NCBI GenBank assembly: GCA_965655095.1
Contig: OZ296653.1
Coordinates: 51,956,001 to 52,020,000 of the forward strand
Reading direction: 5' to 3'
DNA: 64,000 nt
Source: Haplodiscus bocki
Taxonomy: Eukaryota
The notes beneath the pieces are model-generated. The model was not told where the DNA came from, made no database searches, and saw only the letters and a list, made by a program, of their open reading frames with translations. The position numbers and the translations under genes are program-made. This document shows, one piece after another, positions 1-13,428 of the stretch; the first letter of the stretch is position 1, and each line of letters begins with the position of its first letter.

Positions 1-195
1 ATTAGGATGATCACAGAACACTTTCAATACGCCCGCAGGCTTTACATTAACACCAGACAAGATACACGGGACAAGGGGGGAATTAACAGTAAAATTAACA
101 TCAGAAATAACATTAAAACGGGGCCAATTTTCATTAATAAGGGAATCTTCAATATTAACGGGATTAATAGGAGCAGGGCCAAAAATGCCTTCCAT
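1..195 (-). CDS. 5' part of an unknown ORF running off the window edge, possibly transposon-encoded
   Basis: ATG at 195 opens 65 stop-free codons (MEGIFGPAPINPVNIEDSLINENWPRFNVISDVNFTVNSPLVPCILSGVNVKPAGVLKVFCDHPN...) with strong T-ending codon bias. Absent from the ORF track because it has no stop in the window. Confidence 0.45.
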   Translation of the reverse strand, partial: MEGIFGPAPINPVNIEDSLINENWPRFNVISDVNFTVNSPLVPCILSGVNVKPAGVLKVFCDHPN

Positions 196-1865
196 AAGCT
201 CTAAAACATTTAAACTACGCGTTTCGAAATCAGAATAATAAGAGAGTTTACGTTTAGAATCCAAATCAATCATATTTGCCATTTTTGCAATATTGAAATT
301 TGCTGTGTCAGTGCACGTGAACTGAGTGAAATTTAGCAGTGAGAATGATACGTGAAAAATGAATATTGAACTGAATAAGCACTACGTTGGAATGTGCACA
401 AGCCGCGGAGCAAGTATTAGTTTTTTGGAACGACCTTGTCACTTGTATTAACATAGCAAAGCAACAGCAGCATAAATTTTAAAAGTTGGTCTAATTCGAA
501 CCCCAACTTTGACGTCCATTTTCTCGAAGACTATTGTAGATAGAGCAAAACGGTTTTCAGCAATGAAAACTACATTCCAAGACGAACAAGTTGGGTGATT
601 TTCACCGCATTCTGAAAATTAAAAGTTGTCGAAAAATAAAAACGAAAATTATTACGGTCCGGAAAATGGTAAAATCGTGATTTCACAGTTCAGTTGCAAC
701 TTTAGAAGCGTATAAAAGTGAAAGCGGAGTGGACACAAATTGTTATGAATACAATAGGAATACAATAGGAGTGATTTTGGAATGAATTTTGACCACGCGC
801 ACGGCCGCCACCACCCCACGTATTAGCATATTTACGCTCTCGCTGCTCAAAAATAGACCTGTTTTTTTAATGTTCCCCAATGTTTGCTTGCTTATTTCTC
901 GAAGATGAAAAAAGATATCGACAAACGGTTTTCACCATTGTAAATTACATCCATAGGAAAGCTTAAGTTTGGAATATGAGCAAAATCGAACGAATTTAAG
1001 ATATTGAAAAATTGTAGTAACCGAAAAGTGCACTCCAGAAATTGCCAAATTGAGTTCAGTTAAAAAATTATTCTGAGTGAACCACGCATCAGAAATGGCT
1101 CGTATTAGTCTTAAACGAAAGATATTTGAATGTACTAATGTCCCTGAAAAGATGGATCGATTATATTCTGTCATTCTGGAGAACTGAGTAAGAAATCGCC
1201 AAAAAACGCCCAAAATAGCCTAAAATCGTCAAAAATCGCAGTTTTTCGCTTATTAGTTAACGAATATCCAATAGAAATCGACCATATTTACAGCGATCGA
1301 AAGCTTATTATTAGGAGGAATGGAGAATAACAATAGAACAAGCGCAGCAAGCTACAAATGGCCGCCCCACAAAATTTCAACTAGCTAAAATCACGGATTT
1401 TGGAAAATGTCGACTTGAAAAACGGCTACCCCCCCGCACCTTTTTGAAGATAGAAAGCTGAAAATTTAACACAATGTTCATAACAACCTCCCCCAGGAAA
1501 CAGACCGAGGATTTTTCGAAACTTTGCATGTACGTTGAGAAAATCGACTTTGAAGGTGGACCCAGGTAGTCAAAAATCGCCAAAAAATCGGTACTTTTGC
1601 GGAAAATAGAATAACTTTTTTTTGAGACCAGCTAGAGGGCTCATCTTTGCGTTGAAATACTTTTATTTGAATGTAATAACAGGAAAATACCACCCCCGCC
1701 CTGGAAAAAAATCATACGTTGAAAAAAATGACCTCAAAGTGACCAAAAATCGATTTTTCGGATATGGAGTTTTGACTACTTTCATGAAATCGCATTTTTC
1801 GACCATGAATATTGAAAATAACTATTACAAAGTATACATTGCCAAAAACTACATTGAATACCGCG

Positions 1866-2964
1866 TGTAATGATGTGCTCATTTTATATTTAGGACGTTT
1901 ATGATAGACACAATTAATTGTTGAATTTTAGACAAAAATTACGCCTTTTTTCGGACATTTATTTTTGCATGGATATTACGATGGGAATGATTAGGGAAGA
2001 TATGTTAACCACTTATTTTGGAAGTGCTTGGTCACGCACGACGAATAGAAAAGCTGACACATCAGCCGAAAGAGGTTGTCAGTCAAAATGGTGACATAAA
2101 CGAATGGAAACGAAGAGGTATTTTCTTACTCATTTTGTACCACCCCCGTTTTGCCAGTGGATACGACCAAAATCAATCAATCATAACTGATGTAAGCAGA
2201 GAAAATAGGCACCGAGTAATACCAAAACGGATGAAAATTGCACCGATGTGAAATAAACGAATTAACTAGCGAAAAATTGATAAGTCATTTTACGAATTAT
2301 TGGATACGATTAACCGGATGAATAATAACAAGGCCGAAAATAGCCCCAGCGGTAAAAATACGAAACCAAGAGTGCCGTAAGCGAAGGGAGCGTCCCGAAA
2401 CGCTGCCAAAAGAAAGATAGTGAACTGTGAGATAGAAGCTTCTTTGCTTAAAGCCGTTTGTTGTTTTCTTCAACTTAGTCGAGGACTGAAGTTGGGAAAT
2501 CGTAATTTTGAGAAGTATTGTTGAACAGTCCGGGACTGTTGGATTCGATTAGTTCTTCACTCGAAAGTCTAGTGAGACTTGAAATTCTTCGTTTATTAAT
2601 TGTTGAGTTGTGGTTTTGGTGTTCGATCCAATTCCGGTATAAGTGAGAGATTTATTGACTATCAACGGAAGGTTATAGTAATAAATTGTCTCCAATTTAT
2701 TCGATGCTATTAATTAAATAAAACGTATTTATTGAGATATTTAAATTGATATTATTGGATGTGTGAGTCTGAATCAACTATATTATCTGCAGTTATTGTG
2801 TTGTTGACAATTATTATCTTATTATTAGTGTATTTATTGACGGAGAAAATTTGTCTGTGAGAAAGTAATTCAATTCCTGGCCAGACAATTAATTTCTTCA
2901 ATTTACGTAACTAACAGTCAAAGAACTACGAGACACCCCTCTCAATTGAACGGTAGAAATTACA
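1866..2964. mobile_element. Possible solo LTR
   Basis: About 1.1 kb bounded by the perfect inverted ends TGTAAT...ATTACA, with AATAAA signals inside and no long ORF. No target-site duplication or PBS is visible. Confidence 0.3.
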
Positions 2965-4128
2965 GAGTTAGGCATATACTTTGCAGAAGAACCCCACCGC
3001 CTCCGAAGTTGAATCTCCCTTTGATTATTTTTGGAGTTATAAATATTTTGTGGATCTCGGCCCGTCCCCCGTCTCGTGGACAGCGGTACTACGGTTTAAT
3101 CGAAATGGAAGTTAAATTCCTGAAAATTCTACAAACCATGTGTATAGGAACTGAAATGTTTCAGTGAAAAAAAGTGTGCCTTGTTTATTATTTGCACGTG
3201 ATCTTTGTATAATATGTACTGTATTTTCTCAGTTTTTCGGGAAAAATGTAATAGAATTTTCGGCGTCGTGAACAATGGGCAGTTGCTGTTTTCAGATTGT
3301 TCCGTTACCTGAATGGAAGAACGGCGATGCTAAAACACCATTCTTTCGGCAGCAAACTCATTATTTCGGGAATGCGTCGTAAGCTGATCTTCCTGGGGAG
3401 ATACCATTACTACAAATTTAGGTTTTACCGATTTGTGTTCACGTAGACCTTCCTATTTCTTTAAAATTTGGCTGGCATTCTTGAAAAGGTTAGCCTTTTA
3501 GGAGACTAAAATGTCACTTAGTATGATACTTCATCTGTAATTTTTGAGCACTTGCTTAGGGGACAGCAGTCAAAAATGGAAATGCAGCTAAATCAAATTA
3601 AGGGACAACAATTCTAAGTCAATACTTGACATTTTTCTCATTCGCTCTCAATCGCAGCATCTATTTCAATCTCTTTTTTGAATATCAGTTGAATTGTGGG
3701 TTTATTATTCCACAGGTAAGTCACCTCCCACAGGGGTGTTTGATAGTTAGCCCTAATTCATATATGCTCTCTTCTCTCCGTTACACGACTGATACCTGTT
3801 TGGCAGATTAGGGGCACGCTTTAATGAGATATAAAATTTAATCAACTCGTATAATGAAATCGGCGTGAAAAGTCTAACGGGTGCAGTATCCACAGAGTTA
3901 TATTGACAGGTATCACCCCAAGATGGCAAGATGACCAATTAACACAACGGAGGAAATGGGAAATGGTTGGAAAATGGCGCTGGTGGCTGGTACAGCAAAA
4001 TGTACTTGACAAGGGAAGAACACCCCTCAAGGTGTCAGGGGATACATGGGTCGATGGGCTCTTCTAAATGCTTCATTAGAAGCGAAATACATTTCGTGGA
4101 TCTCCCACTGGTATCATTTTAACATAAC

Positions 4129-4235
4129 ATTATTGACTGCGTTGACTTCTGCACCATATTCTTCAAAAATTGAAGAGTGGAAACAAAGGTGCCAGACATC
4201 CTTGTAGAGACATCCCGCAAATCTCACTGGTTGTT
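4129..4235 (-). CDS. Possible downstream exon of the neurexin-like gene
   Basis: ttttttag acceptor, phase 1 start compatible with exon 14207-14449. Encodes (E)QPVRFAGCLYKDVWHLC..., with an FxGCL laminin-G-like motif. The donor position is uncertain. Confidence 0.25.
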
Positions 4236-7089
4236 CTAAAAAAATTTAGAGGTAACACTCACTTTGAATAACGTGCTAAAGTATTAATTCTCGTCGACGC
4301 CAAAGAAAAAGTTATTATGCTTTTAATAAATATCATCATAAAATTTATCACACCGAAACAACATCTATTGGCAAGAAATCAGCAGAAACCTATAATATTA
4401 GCAAGGGAACCATCAGAAACCTAGGTAGAAAATTATGGGAAATTAGAACTTGAAAATTCGAGAAGGAAGCTTTTCATTTCGAGGAGCTGCTTTAGTGAAA
4501 GAAAAACAAATAAACACCAACGTATGTCTGGCACAATTAGTTAAGCAGAGATTTAAAACCTGAGAATATCCATTTCAAGCTTAATCTAACGTTTTAGTTA
4601 TATAATGATAACTAACTGTTATACGAAAGAAAGTCAGTTTTTTGAAAACTTTGTTGTTTTTGGAAATTTTGTTGTTTTTGGAAATTTTGGTTTTTTGGAA
4701 AGTTTGGTGTACCGATCTTTGACAGAAAATTTTTGCTTCAAAGTGCCAAGAATTCATTGTTGCAGTATTTGATTCATTACACAGGAAATCCAGGATAATG
4801 CACGAATTTCATGATCTTGACAAGTAATACAAGAAATTCGGAACTTGTGGCAAGAAAATCAAATTTCCAATAACTGGACATTGCCTGGGAAACTTATTAG
4901 TACAATTTTTTTTTTGGAATTTCTCTTCTTGAGAAATGTTGGCTTCATTGAAGAAGGGTATCACAAATTTTTTCGAATTAGCCATTGCTCCACAAAAATT
5001 TTTGGTGTGGTCATTTTGGAAAATTTGTTCAGTATATGAAAATCGGGGATCACAAAACTTTTGCTTCTTTTTTTTTAATAGAGAAAATGGAAAAAAGCAA
5101 GGAGTGTATCACAAACATTCTCATTCTGACGCTTGCCATTTCAAAAGTCTCCGAGAACAAGCAAATTATTGGAGTATAAAGAAAGTTTTTTTCAATTTTA
5201 GAAATTTTCGAATTTATTGTTCAATACTTTGCATCAGAACTTTCAAGTGGAGCAATTTGAACAATTCCGTATAAATTGTGCAAGTTCGAAGGGAGTATCG
5301 CGTTTTAAGAAAAAAAAGAGAAAAGATAGTCATTGAAAAATTCGGTCACTTTCCTTTCAGTAAACTTCTGGCTAAACTAAGTTCATGGATTTGGCATGAT
5401 TTCTTGGCATGAATTAAGTGGAACCATACTGTGGCAGAACATGACTCACATTTTATTCCAATGATTCGAAAAATAACTTTTAAGTTACAAATGAGAGTTA
5501 TTCGAAAAGCTTGGGAAAGAAAAGAGCTGCGACTGAAACTGTGAAAATAACATCCTGTCAGTTCCTGTGAGCAGGCAGCATGCAGAGTTTAGTAGCATAA
5601 AACACTACTTTCGTACACTACTTTTTACATGAGGGAACCTATCAACATCACTGTTTTTTTTCACAGCTAGAACCTTAGTCTAGACCCATTTTGATCCACT
5701 ATCAGGAAATTGACATGTAGGTAGAACAAACGGCTAAATTACCTCGAAATCTCTAAATGGTGCGGATAAATCGAATTTTAGGCAACAAAATCAGCGTTGA
5801 ACAGAGCGAGCTTTTTCTGCACTGAATTCTTTTGAAGAAGCACTGAGCAGCGCTGATTTATTCCAATTCAGAATACCGACTTTTGTTTTTTTTTTCAAAA
5901 AATTCTGTGATACTTCGACAACGAGGCAGACCAATCCGATTTTTAGCAAATAGTATCTATAGAAACAAACAAAATAGATTGAATACGATTCTATTGTTTT
6001 TGAATACTTCGTTTCAAAACATCAGCGCTGATCAGCTCTGAAACCTTTGATTAGCACTAGTGTAATCCTTGTTCTCTGAAAGCAATGCTATCAATTTCGT
6101 TATTTCAACTCAGGAGGGCAAAGCTGAAAATGGAGTTATCCATGACAAGTGGGTCCAAGATTCAGATCATCACAGTCTATAATAGCTGTATAGGCACTGT
6201 ACGAATGGCTCCAGTTTGGATATTCCCAAACTCGAATTTTCACTCCAATTCATTGCCCTCACAGAGCGTTCAGCAATCCTGATTTTACACCTCTCTCTGA
6301 TTGAAACTATGCGTATAAGCTCTACCATAACAAAAAATTGGACAAAGTATTGAATTTCAAAATCAACTCAAGTACGCTGTGTCAATTACTAATCACTAAA
6401 TTAATCAGACCATCTAATGTTTATATGAAAAAAGAGATTAAGCATGGGCTAACTCGTGAATTAAAGTTCAGAAATTCTATAATTTTTTCTTTTGCGGCAT
6501 ATTGGGCCGAGAGGTTACCATGGAAACTGAAGACTGAAATGCGCGAAGATCTTCAAAATTAGGCATCACAGATGGAACTTTAGACAAGTTTATGCTACAG
6601 AAAAAGGACGAAACGTCTTTTCTATGAAAACTGTCTAAAAAATTAGGCTTCAGACAATGTAACAGAAGCATATGAAAGGGGCAGATTTAACAAACGAAAA
6701 AAGGGAGAGAATACATAAAGGTGCAAAAGGCACATGAAAGTATATTGAAGACAATTACACCGGCATTTTCGTCCTAAGATCAAGTGAAACCTTACATTTC
6801 ATCATAGATAGAAAAAAATTGAAAGTCAAAAAACGAAAAACCCAAACTTGGAGAATCATTGAAGTCATAATATACAGAATTGAGCATAAAATGATGCTAA
6901 TTGGCTATTTGAAGTTAGAGAATCAATATTTTTGAATGAAAGTGAGAAAACTCGTCAAACGACTAACTATGTGGAAGATATTATGCTAATAAAGGAGGCA
7001 ATATCAAAAACAGGGATTCTTCCTCCAAGCACAAAGTCCTCCAAGTTTGCTGGATTGCGATTCACTTCAGGCTTGGTCACGATACAGAC

Positions 7090-10000
7090 TTTATGAAAAA
7101 ACGGTAGAAGCTAGGCCGCTCAGCTTAGATACCATCAGACTTTGAAAAAAAACAATTGAATGGTCAGAGTTGCACTTTTGCCAAATTTGTTCATTATGGC
7201 GAACCATAAAGCGTAGCAAGTTAGAAAATGGAACAAGTTTTGGCCAAGTTGCAGCGGACAACAGAAATGGGTTCTTCTTCAAGCTATATAATTTTTTTAT
7301 AGCTGAAATTAAATATTTTTTTTTCACTTCTGAGTTTCCACCGGCAACATCACCGGGTCATTCAATGTTACCGATCACCAAAAACACATCTTTGCGGCCA
7401 ATCTTTGATGCTATCCCCAGACTTAAGGTCTCTTGAATATCCAGTGGTTGGTTTTTACACGAAGGTTCTTGGTATTACATTTACCTTTGTAAAGCTCCAT
7501 GGCTCATCCCAGATAGAAGCGGAAAGATGCCAATTCTTGTATCAAAAAGAAACCAAGTCTGCGAAAAGAAAATGATATGAAGTTTTCGCTTGCAATTTTT
7601 CTTCATCTATGGTGATTGCCGTGAACACTCTTTTCAGCAGCCGCTGAGATTACCGCGAATTGCTTATCTTCAGGCAATTGCCACTCAAAAAACACAAGGT
7701 CTTTTGCAATATGTAACATGGCATTTCCTGACACCCTCCAAGTTGGCGTACCTGCTAGTTTGAATGCGCACTTGAGCCAAAATTAGTTGCAACTACTTCT
7801 GATAGTTTGTCATTCAAAGCAGGAAACAACTCACCAAGTTCATGTGCTGCTGCCAATGAACTACTTCCATTGTCTGACAAGAATGATTTAGGACGACCAC
7901 GTCGCGCTGCAAAGTATTAAATACAAAACAAGCATCTTCGCGAGTCCAACGTTTACACAAATTGTTTGTGAACAACCCTCGTGCTGAAGCAAATAAAAAG
8001 ACAATTCTGCTTTTCGAATGTCTTTCGAAACCGTCTTACGCAAAATTTGCGAAGTGATCCAATCCACAATTAACCAAAGCTATACCCTCCTTTCTTTTCT
8101 GCTTGCTGGTTAACGCGTCTTTTGATTGTTTATTTTTGGTGTAAAATTCATGAGTTGGAACTAGGCATCTTTCGCAGACCGCAGAGTTTTTCCCGATCCA
8201 AAAATCCACAATATTTCTCTGGGACTTCTGCTCGGACGTGGTGAATACGTCCGTGATGCCATCTTTTTTCCATGTTTTCACGAAAGTATTTTAGCACAAC
8301 ACGCCAAACAGGCAAAATAATATGATGTTTTTTCTGCTTCTCACGTTTGCTTTCGTAGTCTTCTGTTCACTCGCATGATGCCATCACTGTCCAAGAAAGA
8401 CTAGAGTTTTCCAATCACTTTGTCTTCGCTTTGTACTTTCTTTCTGTTCCTCAGACTGGTAATTTTGCTTCAGAAACGCCTGAACGCACTAGTCGACAAT
8501 TGTTTCTTTCTGGCAATTTTAATAAATCATGTACTTGGGAAACCCTTTCGAGAACTTTGTTTATGTATTTTTGAGTCGTTTAAACTGTCGAGACCGTATC
8601 CAATGATAAAACTTTGATACCAAAGGTTGCAGCAACAACTCTTTTTCGGATCGTTGCTCGCTTCCAGTTACTCGTCTGTGTTGCAAGGTTCAAGGGTCAA
8701 ACCTCATACAACGAATGAGATCCAAGATTCCTCCTTCAAGTAACTACGGAGCCAGTGGCTTTCTGAAATTTCTTCATTTTTTCGTAGTTTCGTAGTTGAT
8801 CCCCCGCTTTCCCAGATTGTCAAGGTATCACGATTTTTAAGACATCAGTGTGATTTCCTTGTTGCAGTTTTGAGTGTTTCAGCTACTTCGTTTGCAAGAA
8901 AGAACGGTTGTTTTTTTCCAATTTTTCCAATCTATCGAAGGATTATCGCCCAAGCAGTCCACATGAAAGTTTTACTTAGGCTACATTTATACTCCATAAC
9001 TAACAACCACTTCAGTCTTGTGGTTGTCATAGATACCGCTAATTCATCTTTTGACTTTGTATGATGCTTCATGAGGGCAAAATAAGCGTTACCCTTAACA
9101 AATCTTACACGTGTGTTGTTTGCGCCTGCACTGATAACCTTCGCCAGCAGTTGTATTCGCAGATTAAACAGAGTTTTGATTTTTCTGATTTTTTCACCAA
9201 AACCAGCAAAGCTTCTATGTAATCACTTGGAAGGACCACTTTATGGGCTTCCGGAAAAGATTCATGGAAAGCTTTTGCGAACTCTTGAACCATATTTTTA
9301 GCGCAAAAGTGAAGTTTTCCCTCCAGAATCGAGCTTTTTCTACCGCCCTGTTTTTGTCTGTCAATCGCCTTTCTCACTTAGAACAAAAAGTTTCCGGTTT
9401 TCTACTTGTACATCCACCTGGGGGAGCTTTCTTCAAGGTTTGCTGCTATTGAAACTGTCTTCTTTGGAAATATGGAATTATACCTCAGATACTCCGCATT
9501 TGATTTGGACTCATCAGTACATCATCCAATGAAGATTTCTCGCGCAACTCGCTCTCGCAGTTGTAATATCTCGGCACGTTTGCATTAATTAGCGTTGAGG
9601 AGGGATGGTGTGCGATAAATGTGGTTACCCGGTGTATCTGGTAACCATAGCTTGCAGGCCATTCGACCATTTTCGATTGAATCAGCCTGACTTACTTTCA
9701 TTTCCTCTTCTTTGCTCAATGTGGTCTCCAATGGCTTCCACTGACTGTGAGGCAGCAGGATATTTGGTTTGCATTCTTTGTTTCTGTCCGTTTCAGAGAA
9801 GAATTATTCAGATATTCCGTCTTAATTCTGAATTGATTCATTGATGTACAGCAGCACTCAACACTTCTTCGTTGCTACACCTGCTCGTATTCTTGATTTG
9901 TAAATTCTCCAGATTCCGCTACACTTATTGGCGGCATTGCTTTTTGCTGGCACGTATGTAACTTCAGCTTTCCTGTTGTGAATTGTGAATGGGTGAGGTG

Positions 10001-10130
10001 CGTGGATTTTAGCATCATAGGTAGTGACTTCATTGCAATCCAAGTAGAGTTTCCTTTTCAAGTTTTTGTCAATCTGAGTCTGTAAAAATCCCGTATCACA
10101 GAAAACCATGGTCACTTTTTGGCATCAATC
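7090..10130 (-). mobile_element. Degenerate BEL/Pao LTR retrotransposon (protease-RT-RNaseH-integrase relic)
   Basis: Minus-strand motifs in Pao order: protease VFCDTG (~10095), RT IAHHP...SLDDVLMSPN (~9500-9615), RNase H region PFFLANEVAE (~8890), integrase NCGLDHF (~8060) and RRGRPKSFLSDNGSS (~7870-7907). Many stops and frameshifts. Confidence 0.75.
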
Positions 10131-10199
10131 ACTTCCGTTAATTTTGAAAAGCACAACTAGCACGGCTTTACTTACAATTAATTTTCTTAGCGAGTGTCG

Positions 10200-12400
10200 T
10201 GAGATTCAATTTCTTTTTTCTTTTGTGACTGTTTCTAGGACTTGATTGCTTCATAGACCTCTGGAATGTGAAGATTCTAACAACAATCGATTGCACGACA
10301 ACTCGTTTTTTTGGTTCAAATAATCCCCCTCACAACTTCAGAAAGCCTATGAATGTATTTTTTCTTCAAGCCGTATTTTTGCCAAAGTCTCTCTGCATCA
10401 TCTGGCAGTTGACCTCGGCAGATTTTGGTCCGGTTACTAACAAGGGTTCGAAAACGACCACTGGTCTTTTTGATATTTGTATGTTTGTGTCTCCCTAGGG
10501 TTTTCCAGGATCACACTTTTTCCAACTTCAAGCCAATTAGTAATCACTCAAAGGAAAGATTAGGTATAGCAATCAAGTACTTGAACGTATTTTACATCGA
10601 TGTTTTGCTCAGTTTTAGGGCGCGTCAGCCTTTTTCAACAACTTTTGTCTCATAACAATTGGCAAGGTGGCAAGGTACAGGTAAATTCAAAATTTCCTGA
10701 GAATAGGTAGTCGCTGAAAATCAACAAAAATAGCAATTTTTTCAGGAAGTTTAACAAAAAGTTTAATTGCTTGAAAACTTTTTTGTCAGACGTGATTGAA
10801 ATCTAGACAGTTGTGCGAGGATGATGAAAAGAGGTAGCTGAAGTTGCTTTCCAAATTTGCTCCATGCAGTGTTTAAAAGGACCCCAAAACAACCGAAATT
10901 CCGCCTTGATTTTGTCTCAGTTCTGGTCAATAAAGTTTTCAATTGACTCAATTTCCCATCGTCTGTGAGTTTTTTAAACTGTTATTTAGGAATTTCCAAT
11001 CCAGTCCGCCATTTCACCGGCATGCCAGCAAACTTCCTCCATTTCACTGTGAAAAAAAGATCACCCACTTATTGCCACATATTCTGCAAAATATTCGTCG
11101 GTGGTAACTGGTATCACGGGTTTCACGTTGTCGGTTCGAAGGAAACTTGCTTGAAGACATTTTGGAGTTAAAAAATGGTAACCTTGCGATCTGGTGATTG
11201 CTCGTTCGAACAGTGGAGAAATTGGCGTCTTTTTCAGTTTTAACTGCGAGTGCATTGAAACCAAAATGGATGTCGTCGGTTGCGTTAGTCAAGCCGTTTG
11301 ACCGGAAGTTTTTTGGAAATTGAGCTGGAGCGTAATTTTCTGTTACCCTTAGGGCTCTAAAGCTACATCTCATGTCAGAGCAAGGTACATTTTCATTTAG
11401 GTACCCCATTTTTTTTCCTACGTTCCTCCACTCTAAGTCTTACAATTATTGCATTAGCACTCTCCCCACCACATTGGCACAGTTTCTTTTCCAATTTTGA
11501 AAGTTTTTTTCTGCAACCTCCGCTAATCGTCTTCCTTTTTTTTCCGTTATTGCATTTTCTGATTAATTTTCGTCTGATTTCCAATTGAAACTTCAGTTGC
11601 TGCTGCTAGCTGATTGCCGACTTTTTCGACGACTATGGGAACAAGTCGAATTACTCGAATTTTTATCGAAATGAAACGTCTCAACTCTCGCTTTCGGAGC
11701 TCTTTTTGAACCGTCTCTATTTTATACAGAAATGTGGCTGCTCTCCATTGAATACTTTTGGCGGTGTATTCTGGTTTTCTTCTCCATTAACCAATACAAC
11801 CGAGGTGACCAACTGTGTCTCCATAACTACAGCACTCATGCTGTCGGTCCAAATTGTATTACTTATTAGGTAATTCTACGGTAAACTCAACCCGTTTGAT
11901 GTCTTTAATTGCATCTTGCCTTGCAAAAAAACCTGTTGCGATTGAATTTTATTTGAAGTCAATATTTCCTTTTTAGTAATTTCCAAAGAAATCTTTGACA
12001 AAAGACTCTGCGAGCAGGCTTCGTGAGGCAAATCCCTTGACTAGGAAGGTACCTCTGAGTTGTTAGAAAAAGCAACCAAGGCATCATCGTCATTGAAATA
12101 TTTTGATGCACTGGATTGCAAATGGCATTCCCGTGTCGCTGGTAACTGTAAGCTTGGCTCTGTTTGAATAACGTCAACGTTTGCTATTACCAATCTCGAT
12201 TTTTTCCATTTCTTAGAAGTTTTAATGTCCGACGGCATCACAGTCCGAAAAGTGCTCACAACTTTGACTGATATCATCCCAGTGAATGGAATTTTGTACA
12301 AACTTTGGTGGTGACAGGAATGCTGAATTTTCTCATGTTTGTTCTTAGACATTCACGGAAATCAATTTCTACGACTCCTCTTTAGCCCACCAATACTACT
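10200..12400 (-). mobile_element. Second, more eroded BEL/Pao relic in tandem
   Basis: Gag knuckle-like SCHHQSLY (~12310), protease-like HLQSSASKYF (~12110), RNase H-like DIHFGFNALAV...HQIARL (~11180-11280), GKLSQLKTFIDQN (~10925-10960), and tail-like RLWQKYGLKKKYI (~10355-10390). Confidence 0.5.
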
Positions 12401-13082
12401 TCTACAAACACAGCTAGTAAAGTTATGAAAATTATTCTTGATGGTTTTCAGTAGAAATTCACCTTTGAATCAGGGTAGTGATAGACGCTGAAGGATTATA
12501 CTATAGGGAGCCTCTTTGCGAGCTGAGTTAAAAGTTGCATTCAAAGTCTTTTAGTAAAAACCCAAGTTTTACAATTCTAGAATTCAAGATTACCTAACTT
12601 CTTGGAAAAACAAGAGATATGTAGGCCAAAGTTGAAAATCGGACATCAAAAATTTATAACATCGATTATTATTAAGTTGTAAATAGAATAATTAATTTAC
12701 AAAAGCTTAACCGTAATTGTTATTACCTACAAGAAATGCAGTGTGACAAACTTGGTTTGATCAATATGCAGAACAATTACAGTGAACGATAGGAAAAACT
12801 TGTATTAAAATAGAATAAAAGCTGCAACTGGTAAGAGAGAACACGTTTTGTTGTAATCCTAAAACCGTGAGCTAACATCACCGAGCTGAGCTATCTGTTA
12901 TATTAAGTCTACCATGATATTCATCAATTTGTTATAATGATGCTTCTTTGGGTTCATGGCACCCCCTAACTTTCTTCTACATGGCAATTTTATTCAAAAA
13001 GTGCTCTGAATCATCAAAAATTCAAATCAAACATTGGTTAAACCTTTACTGAAAATATTACGAAATAAGTTATTTTTGCATT

Positions 13083-13428
13083 GGGATTTTTTCTGTTAAC
13101 TCCCNNNNNNNNNNNNNNNNNNNNNNNNNNNNNNNNNNNNNNNNNNNNNNNNNNNNNNNNNNNNNNNNNNNNNNNNNNNNNNNNNNNNNNNNNNNNNNNN
13201 NNNNNNNNNNNNNNNNNNNNNNNNNNNNNNNNNNNNNNNNNNNNNNNNNNNNNNNNNNNNNNNNNNNNNNNNNNNNNNNNNNNNNNNNNNNNNNNNNAAT
13301 GAATATGCGAAATAATAAGCGGCGTAATGTTTTAACTCACGCGTGAGTGAATTTTAGCCAATCAGAGACGAGTTCGCTTCTACTGTGGGGGGGGGGGGGG
13401 GGGGAGGAGGGGTTAACAGAAAATATCC
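13083..13428. mobile_element. MITE with terminal inverted repeats, spanning an assembly gap
   Basis: Left gggattttttctgttaactccc and right ggggttaacagaaaatatcc are inverted copies. The interior has a poly-G tract and the palindrome ctcacgcgtgag. Confidence 0.55.
13105..13297. other. Assembly gap
   Basis: Run of 193 N. Confidence 0.99.

Noticed and set aside
13081-13302. ORFs containing X runs (also 45942-46381)
   Set aside because: Artefacts of N gaps.
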